64,000 nt of DNA from Candidatus Altimarinota bacterium (GTDB lineage: Bacteria > Patescibacteriota > Gracilibacteria > 1-14-2-50-48-13), in the NCBI GenBank assembly GCA_046314355.1, contig JBKBWQ010000001.1, positions 960,001-1,024,000 of the forward strand, written 5' to 3'. A program made the translations under genes and the position numbers. The notes under the pieces are model-generated. The model had not been told where the DNA came from, ran no database searches, and saw only the letters and a list, made by a program, of their open reading frames with translations. This document shows positions 39,244 through 48,904 of this stretch, piece by piece (positions within the stretch are counted from its first letter, which is position 1; each line of letters opens with the position of its first letter).

Positions 39244-39564
39244 TTATTCTGCTATCATTTTTATCGAAATATCTACACCGGACTGTAGACTCAAATTCTG
39301 AAGTGCATCAACTGTCTTAGGATTGATTTCAGTAATATCCAAGAGACGAACGTGCGTCTTCATTTCAAACTGATCTCTAGCATCTTTATGCTTAAAAGTA
39401 GATCGGTTGACTGTAATAAGCTTTCTATTAGTTGGCATAGGAATTGGTCCTATAACAATAGCGCCTGTTCTTTGAGCTGTGTCTACAATCTGGTTTACAC
39501 ATTCCTGAATAATATTTTTATCAAAAGCCTTAACTTTGATTCTAATTTTTTGACTTTTTGCCAC
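39244..39564 (-). CDS. rpsJ: 30S ribosomal protein S10
   Basis: KIRIKVKAFD, GPIPMPT, RDQFEMKTH. Confidence 0.98.
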   Translation of the reverse strand: MAKSQKIRIKVKAFDKNIIQECVNQIVDTAQRTGAIVIGPIPMPTNRKLITVNRSTFKHKDARDQFEMKTHVRLLDITEINPKTVDALQNLSLQSGVDISIKMIAE

Positions 39565-39589
39565 AGTGCGTGCTAATTAAAAAATGAAG

Positions 39590-39620
39590 CCCTATACCAG
39601 GGCTTGCGCCCGGTATAGGG
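39590..39620 (-). terminator. GC-rich hairpin between tuf and rpsJ (terminator/attenuator or processing element)
   Basis: CCCTATACCGGGC-GCAA-GCCC(T)GGTATAGGG followed by CTTCATTTTTT. Confidence 0.65.
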
Positions 39621-39635
39621 TAAGTATATTAACGA

Positions 39636-40838
39636 TTACTCGATAATCTTAGTAATAACTCCAGCTCCAACAGTTCGTCCACCTTCTCGGATTGCAAATC
39701 GAGTTCCCTCGTTCATCGCGATTGGAGAACCTAATGTTACATTCATCTTAGTGTTGTCTCCTGGCATAACCATCTCAACCCCTGGAAGAAGTTCAATCTC
39801 ACCAGTAACGTCAGTAGTTCTGATGTAGAACTGTGGTTTGTATCCCTTAAAGAAAGGAGTATGTCGTCCACCTTCTTCCTTAGTAAGTACATATACCTCT
39901 GACTCAAACTTAGTATGAGGCTTGATTGATCCTTTATGAGCAAGAACCTGTCCTCGCTCAATTTCCTCTCGCTCAATACCTCGGAGAAGTACTCCAACGT
40001 TATCTCCAGCCTGTCCCTGATCAAGCTCCTTTCGGAACATCTCAACTCCAGTAACAACGATTTCTCGAGTCGGATTGATACCGATAAGCTCAACTACCTC
40101 GCCTACCTTTACAATTCCCTGCTCAACTCGTCCTGTAGCAACAGTTCCTCGTCCCTTAATAGAGAATACATCCTCTACTGGCATAAGGAAAGGCTTATCG
40201 AGTACTCGCTCTGGTTGAGGAATATACTCGTCAACTGCCTTAAGAAGCTCAAGAATTGGAGCAGCTGCAGTCGCATCTGCTGGATTTTCAGTAGCCTTAA
40301 GAGCAGATCCCTTAATAACTGGAAGAGTATCACCTGGGAAATCATAGCTAGAAAGAAGTTCTCGAACCTCCATCTCAACTAGATCAAGAAGCTCAGGATC
40401 GTCCACCATGTCTACTTTATTCAAGAAAACAACAATGTACGGAACGTTAACCTGCTTAGCAAGAAGGATATGCTCTCGAGTCTGAGGCATAGGACCGTCA
40501 GCTGCAGAACATACTAGGATAGCTCCATCCATCTGTGCAGCACCAGTAATCATGTTCTTCACATAGTCAGCATGTCCAGGACAGTCAACGTGTGCATAAT
40601 GTCTTGTAGGTGTCTCGTATTCAGAATGATGAGTAGCAATAGTAATACCTCTCTCTCTCTCCTCTGGAGCACTGTCGATGTCAGCATAGTTCTCTACCTT
40701 TGAATTGTAACCCTGATCCTTATGAGAACCACAAACCATTGTGATCGCAGCAGTCAAAGTTGTTTTACCGTGGTCAACGTGTCCGATAGTACCGATGTTG
40801 ACATGTGGTTTGCTTCGTACAAACTTTCCCTCAGCCAT
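39636..40838 (-). CDS. tuf: elongation factor Tu
   Basis: [30 protein letters not shown]. Confidence 0.99.
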   Translation of the reverse strand: MAEGKFVRSKPHVNIGTIGHVDHGKTTLTAAITMVCGSHKDQGYNSKVENYADIDSAPEERERGITIATHHSEYETPTRHYAHVDCPGHADYVKNMITGAAQMDGAILVCSAADGPMPQTREHILLAKQVNVPYIVVFLNKVDMVDDPELLDLVEMEVRELLSSYDFPGDTLPVIKGSALKATENPADATAAAPILELLKAVDEYIPQPERVLDKPFLMPVEDVFSIKGRGTVATGRVEQGIVKVGEVVELIGINPTREIVVTGVEMFRKELDQGQAGDNVGVLLRGIEREEIERGQVLAHKGSIKPHTKFESEVYVLTKEEGGRHTPFFKGYKPQFYIRTTDVTGEIELLPGVEMVMPGDNTKMNVTLGSPIAMNEGTRFAIREGGRTVGAGVITKIIE

Positions 40839-40918
40839 GAGTGTAGTGTGTTAAAATATAGTATTAAAGTAGGAATTTACAGTAAATGTATCCAAACTAC
40901 TGTTAATAAGCGATAGCT

Positions 40919-40947
40919 AGACTATCAAAAATAAAATACTTTGACAA
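40919..40947 (-). promoter_or_regulatory. promoter of the tuf-S10 superoperon
   Basis: Minus strand TTGTCA, 17 nt, TAGTCT. Confidence 0.55.
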
Positions 40948-41018
40948 GCCTTTTTTTAGTTTTTTTACCGGTATCTGAAAGCTGTAGAAAAATTTTTATA
41001 TAAATCACATAATTTTAG

Positions 41019-41038
41019 GAATAGAAGTACTTCTATTC
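41019..41038. repeat. perfect 20-bp palindrome
   Basis: GAATAGAAGTACTTCTATTC is its own reverse complement. Confidence 0.75.
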
Positions 41039-41211
41039 TGTTTCTATATCTAGGACGCGCCTCTAAAGAAAATCTCAGTATGAACATTATTTTTATTCAG
41101 AAAAATAAAGGTGCATATAATAGTATGAATGTCGTTTTAAATATTATTTTTACAAATAATAAATTTTGTATACAGCTACCTACAATTTTTCCTACATTGT
41201 GCTTTGTTTTA

Positions 41212-41240
41212 TTGACATTTTATACACAAACGAATAGAGT
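41212..41240 (+). promoter_or_regulatory. promoter of rsmH
   Basis: TTGACA, 17 nt, TAGAGT. Confidence 0.6.
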
Positions 41241-41293
41241 ATTTCTCGATAATACATATCAGAAATCCCACTGCACTTACCAAACTATTCCCT

Positions 41294-42238
41294 GTGGAAC
41301 ATATGCACATTCCCGTATTAAGGGATGAAATTGAGACATTTTTTTCTTTTAAAGAAAACACTGTCTACGTAGATTGCACAGTTGGTTTGGGTGGACACCT
41401 ACTATCTTTTATAGAGCGAATAGCTACCTTAAAAGAGTGTGTTGGTATCGATATGGATACAGCTCATTTACAAATCGTGAAAGCAAAACTAGATATTGAT
41501 ACTCATAGCAAAGTAGAGGTACATCTTGTGCATAGCAGATTTGAGAATGCTAAAAGTGTACTTGAAAACTTGAACTTAAAGGGCAAGGTCACATCAATAC
41601 TACTTGATCTCGGGATCTGTTCAACTCACGTAGATCATGCTGAGAGAGGTTTTTCATTTAACAAATCTGGTCCATTGGACATGAGATTTGATATCACCTC
41701 AGGACTTACTGCGGCTGATATTGTGAATACATTTTCAGAAAAAGATCTGACTCATATCTTGTTTGAGTATGGAGAAGAAAAACGTGCAAAACAGATTGCA
41801 GCTCTCATTTTAATGCAGAGAAAGCAACAACCGTTTAGTACTACAGATGATTTGAGTTCTCTAATCGCCAAGCATATTCCAAGCTTTGAAAAAAAGCATC
41901 CCGCTACACGCACCTTTCAGGCACTTCGCATTGCAGTGAATGGAGAACTCAAACAAATCTCTCATATTATGAATGACATGTATGAAATACTAGCCCCTGG
42001 AGGAAGAGTAGCAGTAATAAGCTACCATTCCCTTGAGGATAGGATAGTCAAACAGTCTCTAAAGGAATATGCTAAATCCTGTATATGTCCCTTAGAGCTA
42101 CCAAGATGTGTCTGCAGCAGACAACCAAGAATGAACATATTAACAAAGAAACCCATAGAACCAAGCTTTCACGAAATCCAGCAGAACAACCGCTCCCGCA
42201 GTGCGAAACTCCGGGTTGCAGAAAAATCCCTCTATTAA
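41294..42238 (+). CDS. rsmH: 16S rRNA C1402 N4-methyltransferase
   Basis: HIPVL, DCTVGLGGH, RGFSF, PLDMR, HPATRTFQALRIAVN, NNRSRSAKLR. Confidence 0.97.
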   Translation: MEHMHIPVLRDEIETFFSFKENTVYVDCTVGLGGHLLSFIERIATLKECVGIDMDTAHLQIVKAKLDIDTHSKVEVHLVHSRFENAKSVLENLNLKGKVTSILLDLGICSTHVDHAERGFSFNKSGPLDMRFDITSGLTAADIVNTFSEKDLTHILFEYGEEKRAKQIAALILMQRKQQPFSTTDDLSSLIAKHIPSFEKKHPATRTFQALRIAVNGELKQISHIMNDMYEILAPGGRVAVISYHSLEDRIVKQSLKEYAKSCICPLELPRCVCSRQPRMNILTKKPIEPSFHEIQQNNRSRSAKLRVAEKSLY

Positions 42239-42259
42239 CATTTAATTCAATCATAAAGA

Positions 42260-42619
42260 ATGGCAGCACTCCTTCTCACAACTGGTTCATCCGGAAAACA
42301 AGGTATTAAGAAAAAAACCCTTGCTGAGAGAGTAAGTATTGGTGCTAATTCACTAGTGATTGTGATTATATCTTTGATATGCATGGTAAGTGTTTCATAC
42401 TTACTTCATTCAAATAAGAGTTCAGCTAAGGGATATGTACTTGAACAATTACAGAAAGAGCAAAGAAATTTAGATCAAGACTTAAGTTTTTGGGAGCTTA
42501 AAATAGCCAGAGCAAAATCACTTGAGGCCTTAGAGAAGAGTTCTATTGCACAAAGTATGACAAAAGCAAAGAAGTTAGAGTTTATCAGAGGAGATACGGC
42601 AGTAGCGGTTAATAAATAA
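42260..42619 (+). CDS. FtsL-like bitopic coiled-coil protein
   Basis: One TM plus coiled coil, directly after rsmH. Confidence 0.6.
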   Translation: MAALLLTTGSSGKQGIKKKTLAERVSIGANSLVIVIISLICMVSVSYLLHSNKSSAKGYVLEQLQKEQRNLDQDLSFWELKIARAKSLEALEKSSIAQSMTKAKKLEFIRGDTAVAVNK

Positions 42620-42632
42620 TTAATAAGTATAT

Positions 42633-42983
42633 ATGAAGAAAGAAATGCATAAACGTAATGAACCTTTTACGTGTATTTTTTGCGGAAAAGATGTACAGCC
42701 AGCAACAAAGAGCTCAAGAAACCACTGTCCATATTGTCTACATTCACTTCATGTGGATGAAAGTACTCCAGGAGATCGACAAAGTCTTTGCGAAGGAATT
42801 ATGCAGCCCACAGGTGTCCAGTTCAATGGCAAGAAACAACAATATCAAATAGAATTCACCTGTGAAAAATGTCATCATAAGCATATGAACATACTTGCAG
42901 ATGATGATGATGCAGGATTAATTGGAGAATTAATGGCTAAATCGAATATGAGAACTGTTGAGAGTAAAAGACATACTAAATAG
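42633..42983 (+). CDS. RNHCP domain protein
   Basis: FTCIFCG…RNHCPYCLHSLHVD…PGDR…CEKC. Confidence 0.92.
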   Translation: MKKEMHKRNEPFTCIFCGKDVQPATKSSRNHCPYCLHSLHVDESTPGDRQSLCEGIMQPTGVQFNGKKQQYQIEFTCEKCHHKHMNILADDDDAGLIGELMAKSNMRTVESKRHTK

Positions 42984-42985
42984 AC

Positions 42986-43015
42986 ATAAAGGACTACGAC
43001 TAGACAGTCCTTTAT
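42986..43015. terminator. hairpin terminator after the RNHCP gene, possibly bidirectional
   Basis: ATAAAGGACT-10 nt-AGTCCTTTAT. Confidence 0.6.
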
Positions 43016-43184
43016 TCTCGAAGAAAGTAAAATGATAGGAAAAGTTGAAATTAATACAGTCTACAAAGCAATATTTGAACCCTTGTGAAAAAGATTCAAA
43101 GTTTCAACAATTTTATTTAGACTGACGAATAAAATTGTTGATTATATAAGAGTCTAGGCAACGTGATATTGTTTCTCTACCCTA
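42986..43184 (-). ncRNA. candidate ~200-nt structured non-coding RNA
   Basis: Extended -10 upstream, several stems with minus-strand G·U pairs, 3' hairpin, no ORF. Confidence 0.45.
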
Positions 43185-43189
43185 ACTAT

Positions 43190-43198
43190 ATTATATCA
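43190..43198 (-). promoter_or_regulatory. extended -10 promoter with no downstream ORF
   Basis: Minus strand TGATATAAT, a consensus TGnTATAAT. Confidence 0.5.
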
Positions 43199-43381
43199 TA
43201 TCAAGTACATATGATGAGTGTTCTTTGTTCAATATTTCTACTAAAATATTTAGCATCTCTCAAATATAAACTACTATCTTACTATCTTCTTTATTCCTAG
43301 CAATAACACTCCCATTGACTATACTGCACAATCCTTAAAATGATATGTAGCAATTCTATTTTTCTAAACACACAACTGTGT

Positions 43382-44575
43382 ATGAAGAACATTTATAAAA
43401 TAGCAACAGGTTCAGTCCTTACGCTTTCTCTCGTGTTTGTAACAAGCTGCGGACAGCCTCCTAAAGCTGACTCTAATAGCGTCCTTACAGATGCCAGAAC
43501 TAACTTTGCAAACTATATTACTGGCAATTTTGCTACTGATATGCATCTTTCTGAAAGTGGTCAGAGCAAAGGAACATTTACTGCAAACATTACAAGTGAG
43601 AGCGATAAGCTCAATGCAAAAGTAAATGGTACATTTGATGGATCACAGCAGGCAGTACAGAGCGGAACTGGGATGACTCTTAACTCACAGGTAGGGTTGA
43701 ATCTTTCTGCAAATGTAGATAGTACTTCTTTCAAAGGTGAAGGAAAACTTGATGCTGAGCTTCGTGTTCTTGGAGAAAAGCTTTATGTAGTATTGAACGA
43801 TCTCACAGTAAATAGTGCTGATCAGGCTATCCAGACAAACTTTGACAGCCAGATTAAGCCTTTCCTTACTCTCTATAGTAAGAAATGGTTCTTCCTTGAT
43901 CTTGTTGCATTGGGAGGAAGCAGTGCTCAGGTAAAAATCGACGCTGCCGCATATGCAAAAATTGCAGAGCAGGTTAAAGCAAAAGAACTCTTTGATGTAG
44001 TCTCTGAGCTTCCATCTGAAGAAGGTATGTATGTATATAGAGTGAAGCCAAATAAGGAAGGTGTAAAAGCTCTCCTTACTACAGCTGCTACTGTATTAAA
44101 GACACCTAGTATGCCGTCTGATGAAGAGATGAATAAACTTGTAGATGATCTCTCTGCTGAGAACATTACACATAAGCTCTATATCTCTGCTGATAAGGAG
44201 TATAAGAAGTTTGTTACTACAGGAACAATCACTGAAGGAACAGATGTATCTGATATCAATTCTACTATCAACTCAAAGAAAAGAGGAGATATTGAATGGA
44301 CTCTTGTAAACTCTACTAAGTCTAACGGTAGCGAAGATGCTATTACTCTCCATCTAGAGAAGACTGGAGATAAGTATGCAGCAAAGGTAGATGCAAAGAT
44401 GGGATCATCTAAGAGTACTGTTGCTCTTGATGCTAACGGCGACTTCACAAAGAAGGATACAAAGATTGAGGCACCAACAGATGCTCAGGACATCATGGGT
44501 CTTGCTGCAGCACTTTATGGAATGAATTCATCTAGTACTACTGCACCAGCTACTGACGCAGTTCCTGCTCAATAA
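43382..44575 (+). CDS. putative lipoprotein, beta-rich
   Basis: MKNIYK…LVFVTSC lipobox-like signal; start moved to 43382. Confidence 0.75.
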   Translation: MKNIYKIATGSVLTLSLVFVTSCGQPPKADSNSVLTDARTNFANYITGNFATDMHLSESGQSKGTFTANITSESDKLNAKVNGTFDGSQQAVQSGTGMTLNSQVGLNLSANVDSTSFKGEGKLDAELRVLGEKLYVVLNDLTVNSADQAIQTNFDSQIKPFLTLYSKKWFFLDLVALGGSSAQVKIDAAAYAKIAEQVKAKELFDVVSELPSEEGMYVYRVKPNKEGVKALLTTAATVLKTPSMPSDEEMNKLVDDLSAENITHKLYISADKEYKKFVTTGTITEGTDVSDINSTINSKKRGDIEWTLVNSTKSNGSEDAITLHLEKTGDKYAAKVDAKMGSSKSTVALDANGDFTKKDTKIEAPTDAQDIMGLAAALYGMNSSSTTAPATDAVPAQ

Positions 44576-44591
44576 GCTTAAAAGAAATCTC

Positions 44592-44629
44592 AAAAAGCCA
44601 CGTTTCCAAAAGAAACGTGGCTTTTTTTT
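44592..44629 (+). terminator. intrinsic terminator
   Basis: AGCCACGTTTC-CAAAA-GAAACGTGGC followed by T8. Confidence 0.9.
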
Positions 44630-44674
44630 AGTAATTTACTAGTATTAGTCATGTAAGTTTACCCTTCATGCACT

Positions 44675-46564
44675 ATGGCTGATTCAGAAGCAATACATAT
44701 AAAGTCTATACTCGAAAGACTCCCCTCTTCTCCTGGTGTTTATCAAATGCTTGATAAGGACGGGAAGGTTATTTATATAGGAAAAGCAAAGAACCTTCAG
44801 AAGCGTGTACGCTCATACTTTCTTAAACAGAAAAATCGAGCAGCAAAGGTAGAAAAAATGGTGAGTGAGATTTGTGACATCAAATATATAGAAGTAACTT
44901 CCGAACTCGAAGCTCTGGTATTAGAAACAAATTATATAAAAGAATATAAGCCAAGATTTAATATCTTGATGCGTGATGACAAAAATTATCAGTATATTAA
45001 GATCACAAAAAATGAGGATTATCCGCGTGTATACACCACAAGAAGACTATTGAAAGATGGAGCTCTTTATTTTGGACCAAAAACAAGCTCATCAAGTGTA
45101 TATCAAACTCTTAAGCTTCTGAGAAAGTTATTTCCATACAGAACATGTAATCTTGAAATAAATGATCTCGGAGATAGTGTAGAGATAAAGAACAAAACAA
45201 TTAAAATTCCATGTATCTATTACCATATAAAGCGGTGTTTAGGTCCTTGTATTAAGCCTTGTAAAAATGAATATGATGAGCTTATTAAAAACATGGCAGA
45301 TTTTTTGAGCGGAGAATATAAAGATATTGTACTCTCTCTCGAGAAAAAGATGGCAGAACAAGCAAATAATAGAAAATATGAACATGCAGCTAAGACACGG
45401 GATATGATCTATTCCGTAAAGAATCTTATGGAAAAACAGCTTGTCGACCAGGCAGATATATCAAAATCACAGGATATCATAGGATGTACGAAAAAAATCG
45501 GAAAGATATTTATTAACCTATTTCAAATCAGATATGGAAAACTGATTGGACAGGAGAACTTTGTCTTAGAAGATTCTGCAAACAAAGATGATAATATAAT
45601 GGAGAGTGATGAGGTACTGCAAACATTTCTTCTGCAATACTATGATGCAGCTACCAGCATTCCTAAAGAAATTATTTTGCCTGAAGAAATTACAGACAAA
45701 GATCTTATAGAAACATGGCTTGAGAATAGACATCCTGGACAAAAGATAAAGCTTCATATACCTCAGCGGGGCACAAAGAATCATCTCGTGGAACTTGCAG
45801 AGCAAAATGCCATATCTTATGCAGAGCAGTACAGGATAAAATGGCAGACAGATCAATCACGCACAAAGGGTGCTTTAAAAGTGCTTGCAGAAGCGATTGA
45901 CCTTCCTTCTGAACTAAAACGTATTGAATGTTATGATATTTCACACTTAAGCGGTACATCCACGGTAGGATCAATGGTAGTCTTTAAAGATGGTCTGCCT
46001 TCAAAAAAAGATTATCGTAGATTCAAAGTTAGACAGACAAAAGAAGGTGAAATAGACGATTTTAAGTCTCTGCAGGAGGTACTATCGCGAAGACTAAAAC
46101 GTATCAAAGAACAAAGTGAGGAAGAGCATGAAGGAGAATCCCTTTATGAGATACCAGATCTAATTATTATTGATGGAGGAAAAGGACAGCTCAGTTCAGT
46201 CATGGAGATTGCTGAGAAACTCGAAGTTGGCATTCCAATAGTGAGTCTTGCTAAGCGTGAAGAAGAGATTTTTCTTCCTGGGCAAAGTATTCCTATCCTT
46301 CTTCCAAGAGAATCAGAGGCACTCTACCTCATACAAAATATTCGGGATGAAGCACATCGTTTTGCGATTACTTATAATCGTAATCTAAGAAGCAAAAATC
46401 TCATCAAATCTCTACTTGATGAAGTGCCTGGAGTAGGACCTGTAGTCAAAAAGAAGCTTCTGAAAGCATTTGGTGATCTGAATGGAATCAAACAAGCTAC
46501 CGAAGAACAAGTAGCAGAGATAATTGGTCCCGCACTTGCACACACTGTCAAAGAATATATTTAA
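44675..46564 (+). CDS. uvrC: excinuclease ABC subunit C
   Basis: GIY-YIG PGVYQM…YIGKAKNL, RIECYDISH, IDGGKGQ, RDEAHRFA, HhH. Confidence 0.98.
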   Translation: MADSEAIHIKSILERLPSSPGVYQMLDKDGKVIYIGKAKNLQKRVRSYFLKQKNRAAKVEKMVSEICDIKYIEVTSELEALVLETNYIKEYKPRFNILMRDDKNYQYIKITKNEDYPRVYTTRRLLKDGALYFGPKTSSSSVYQTLKLLRKLFPYRTCNLEINDLGDSVEIKNKTIKIPCIYYHIKRCLGPCIKPCKNEYDELIKNMADFLSGEYKDIVLSLEKKMAEQANNRKYEHAAKTRDMIYSVKNLMEKQLVDQADISKSQDIIGCTKKIGKIFINLFQIRYGKLIGQENFVLEDSANKDDNIMESDEVLQTFLLQYYDAATSIPKEIILPEEITDKDLIETWLENRHPGQKIKLHIPQRGTKNHLVELAEQNAISYAEQYRIKWQTDQSRTKGALKVLAEAIDLPSELKRIECYDISHLSGTSTVGSMVVFKDGLPSKKDYRRFKVRQTKEGEIDDFKSLQEVLSRRLKRIKEQSEEEHEGESLYEIPDLIIIDGGKGQLSSVMEIAEKLEVGIPIVSLAKREEEIFLPGQSIPILLPRESEALYLIQNIRDEAHRFAITYNRNLRSKNLIKSLLDEVPGVGPVVKKKLLKAFGDLNGIKQATEEQVAEIIGPALAHTVKEYI

Positions 46565-46575
46565 TCAAATCTTTC

Positions 46576-47928
46576 GTGGAAATCTTACAATACATATGCG
46601 CATTTCTAGTATTTTTACTGGGAACTTACGCCCTCTTTAGAAACCAGCTTATTATTATCTATATAGGCTTTTTTCTTACTTTACTTGGTCAGCTTGGAAG
46701 ACTTCCTATTCCTATTACAGATATTGGTATACTAATTAGTGATCTCTTTATACCTTGGATAGTCATGTTATGGTTTTTAAAAGAGCTTTTTATTTCAAGA
46801 TCACTGCCTAAGACATCTTTCGGCAGATACATACTTCTATTTCTTCTCGCTGCTTTACTATCATTAGTAATAAATAGTATTGGTCTTCCTGCTTCAGAGC
46901 TTCTTTCCAGCGGCTTTTATCTAGTGCGCTTAATTGCATACCTTCTTTTTTACTTTCTTTGTTTCCAAGTATTACAAAATCCGGAGAATAGAAAAAAAAT
47001 GCTTGGCAGCCTTTATATTACTTCCATTGGATTAGCCATAGCGGGACTTATACAATATTTTCTAGTACCTGACTTTACATCCATGGCGCAATACGGCTGG
47101 GATCCGCACATTGGAAGACTCCTTTCCACATGGTACGATCCAAATTATATTGCTGGTTTCTTCGCTGTCATTATAGGAATACTCACAAGTGCCTGGCTTA
47201 TGAAGAAAGATAAGTGGCTTGATATCTACACTCCAGTAGCAATTATACTTCTATTAGTAGTTTTTGCGCTTACTTTTTCAAGAAGTGGTCTAGTTGCGTT
47301 AGGAGTTGTTGTGCTCTGTATTAGTATACTGAAAGCAAGATCTCTTCTTATTATAGGACTGCTCGGTCTTCTTATAGCAGTTGGTGTTAATGACCGTGCG
47401 CAGGAAAGAGCAATGGGGCTAGTCAACAGTGCTCTCTCAGTAGTTACTGGTTCTCTTGATTATGATCTGGATGCCACATCAAAACTACGTGTCGAGTCTT
47501 GGAATCAATCTATCAACCTTATCGACGGCAATTATCTGACAGGAATAGGATATAATACAATTCAGTATAAAAAACTTACAAAGGGACTAATAACAAGTGA
47601 CAGTATCCACTCTGGAAGCGGTTCTGACTCAAGCTTACTTAATATCTTTATTACAACAGGATGTATTGGGCTTCTACTTTACATGATATTTTATATCCAA
47701 CTTCTTTCTGCAAGTCTTAAACTATACCGCCAAAAAGATATTCCAGATCACATAAGAGGATATGCACTTGGAATATTCAGTTTGATTTGTGCGCTGTTAC
47801 TTCATTCATTCTTTGTAAACAGCCTGCTACTTCCTTTTTTCATACTTATAATGATGCCGTTATTCGCACTGCTTGATCACTATAATATTGAATTTGCACC
47901 TAAAAAATTACTAGAATCTCTTAAATAG
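46576..47928 (+). CDS. O-antigen ligase/polymerase family membrane protein
   Basis: Many TM helices; RLLSTWYDPN, LTFSRSG, RVESW, GIGYN. Confidence 0.85.
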   Translation: MEILQYICAFLVFLLGTYALFRNQLIIIYIGFFLTLLGQLGRLPIPITDIGILISDLFIPWIVMLWFLKELFISRSLPKTSFGRYILLFLLAALLSLVINSIGLPASELLSSGFYLVRLIAYLLFYFLCFQVLQNPENRKKMLGSLYITSIGLAIAGLIQYFLVPDFTSMAQYGWDPHIGRLLSTWYDPNYIAGFFAVIIGILTSAWLMKKDKWLDIYTPVAIILLLVVFALTFSRSGLVALGVVVLCISILKARSLLIIGLLGLLIAVGVNDRAQERAMGLVNSALSVVTGSLDYDLDATSKLRVESWNQSINLIDGNYLTGIGYNTIQYKKLTKGLITSDSIHSGSGSDSSLLNIFITTGCIGLLLYMIFYIQLLSASLKLYRQKDIPDHIRGYALGIFSLICALLLHSFFVNSLLLPFFILIMMPLFALLDHYNIEFAPKKLLESLK

Positions 47929-48705
47929 AATGTTAACGAACATTCCAAGCATCGTATATCCAATAAGAACCTCTGCACCTGAGAGAAACCGCTGTACAAG
48001 TGTATGAGCTGCAAATTCAGGGCTACCTAAAGTTGTAAAATTGAGGATACTATAATAAATATAATCAAATCCAAATCTAGTTTCACCCGGAATGAGCTTC
48101 GCTGTTGCTGTAATATCTACTAGATAGAACAGTATTGAAAAGATAAAGATACTAAGCATCACAGTAATCATCCATCTTTGAATACTTAGTCCAAATTTTG
48201 TAGTGGACTGCAGAATTGAGTAACCAAGATATTTCAAAAACTCATGTTCCAGAAGGAATCTATTTTTTCTAAATATCATCTTTTGATAATATGATCTGTC
48301 TTTTGCTTCCACAAATCCATTGTGTGTATAGAGAGACTCAAGTGTTGCATAATACCTTTCCATAAGCTTATAGAATGCCTTTAGCTGACTGACTTTTATA
48401 CTTCGCTTTCTATCATCCTCTTCGTGCATAATTTCAAGCTTATAGTGCTGCTCCTGAGTAGTAAAATGCTCAGTCATATGCTCATAGTAGGTCTTCGCTA
48501 CAGGGTTTTCAAACGGTATGTGACCTTTAAAAAGCAGTCTTAATAGCAAGTAATAACAGTCGCCACGTTTTTCATGATCATTTTCAGCTGCATTTTTCAG
48601 CTGTTCTTCTATAATATGCTGAGCTTCCTGCACATTTGGATCTTTTGTATGATATCCTTCAATGACTGCAATTGCGTCTGAAAATGAGGAAAGTGATGAT
48701 GACAT
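47911..48705 (-). CDS. helical N-terminal domain plus two-TM ion-channel pore (Ion_trans_2-like)
   Basis: TM-YYSILNFTTLGSPE-TM (EVLIG); start probably MSSS at 48705. Confidence 0.65.
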   Translation of the reverse strand: MSSSLSSFSDAIAVIEGYHTKDPNVQEAQHIIEEQLKNAAENDHEKRGDCYYLLLRLLFKGHIPFENPVAKTYYEHMTEHFTTQEQHYKLEIMHEEDDRKRSIKVSQLKAFYKLMERYYATLESLYTHNGFVEAKDRSYYQKMIFRKNRFLLEHEFLKYLGYSILQSTTKFGLSIQRWMITVMLSIFIFSILFYLVDITATAKLIPGETRFGFDYIYYSILNFTTLGSPEFAAHTLVQRFLSGAEVLIGYTMLGMFVNILFKRF

Positions 48706-48791
48706 AGGATAGGGAAAAAGAATGCGTATCAAAATAGTATATCAGAGATGATACACAGGAACAAGGGGGAGGGGGTATAAAAAATAACTAA

Positions 48792-48900
48792 GCTCAGTAA
48801 TTGGGCTCTTATTATTAGACTCACATCATTAAGGCTGCAATTAGAGCCAAATTAATGAGCCTCAATATGCGTCCCTAATTATTGAGCCCAATTACCGAGC
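48792..48900. repeat. ~110-nt long hairpin element
   Basis: Arms GCTCAGTAATTGGGCTC / GAGCCCAATTACCGAGC (16/17 paired) with nested TCATTAA/TTAATGA and GGCT/AGCC stems. Confidence 0.7.
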
Positions 48901-48904
48901 GTTA

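Noticed and set aside
23701-40916. Many antisense and alternative-frame ORFs over ribosomal genes and tuf (similarly over ALS, recJ and dnaE)
   Set aside because: Shadow ORFs arising from codon bias of the real genes
40840-41293. Replication origin, or MraZ boxes, in the long AT-rich gap
   Set aside because: No TTATCCACA boxes seen and no dnaA; the CCTACA repeats are only two copies at 12-nt spacing
41080-41328. 82-aa ORF as mraZ
   Set aside because: No MraZ similarity; overlaps the rsmH promoter and start
48792-48900. SRP (4.5S) RNA
   Set aside because: Size fits, but the CAGG…GNRA…AGCAG helix-8 motif is absent
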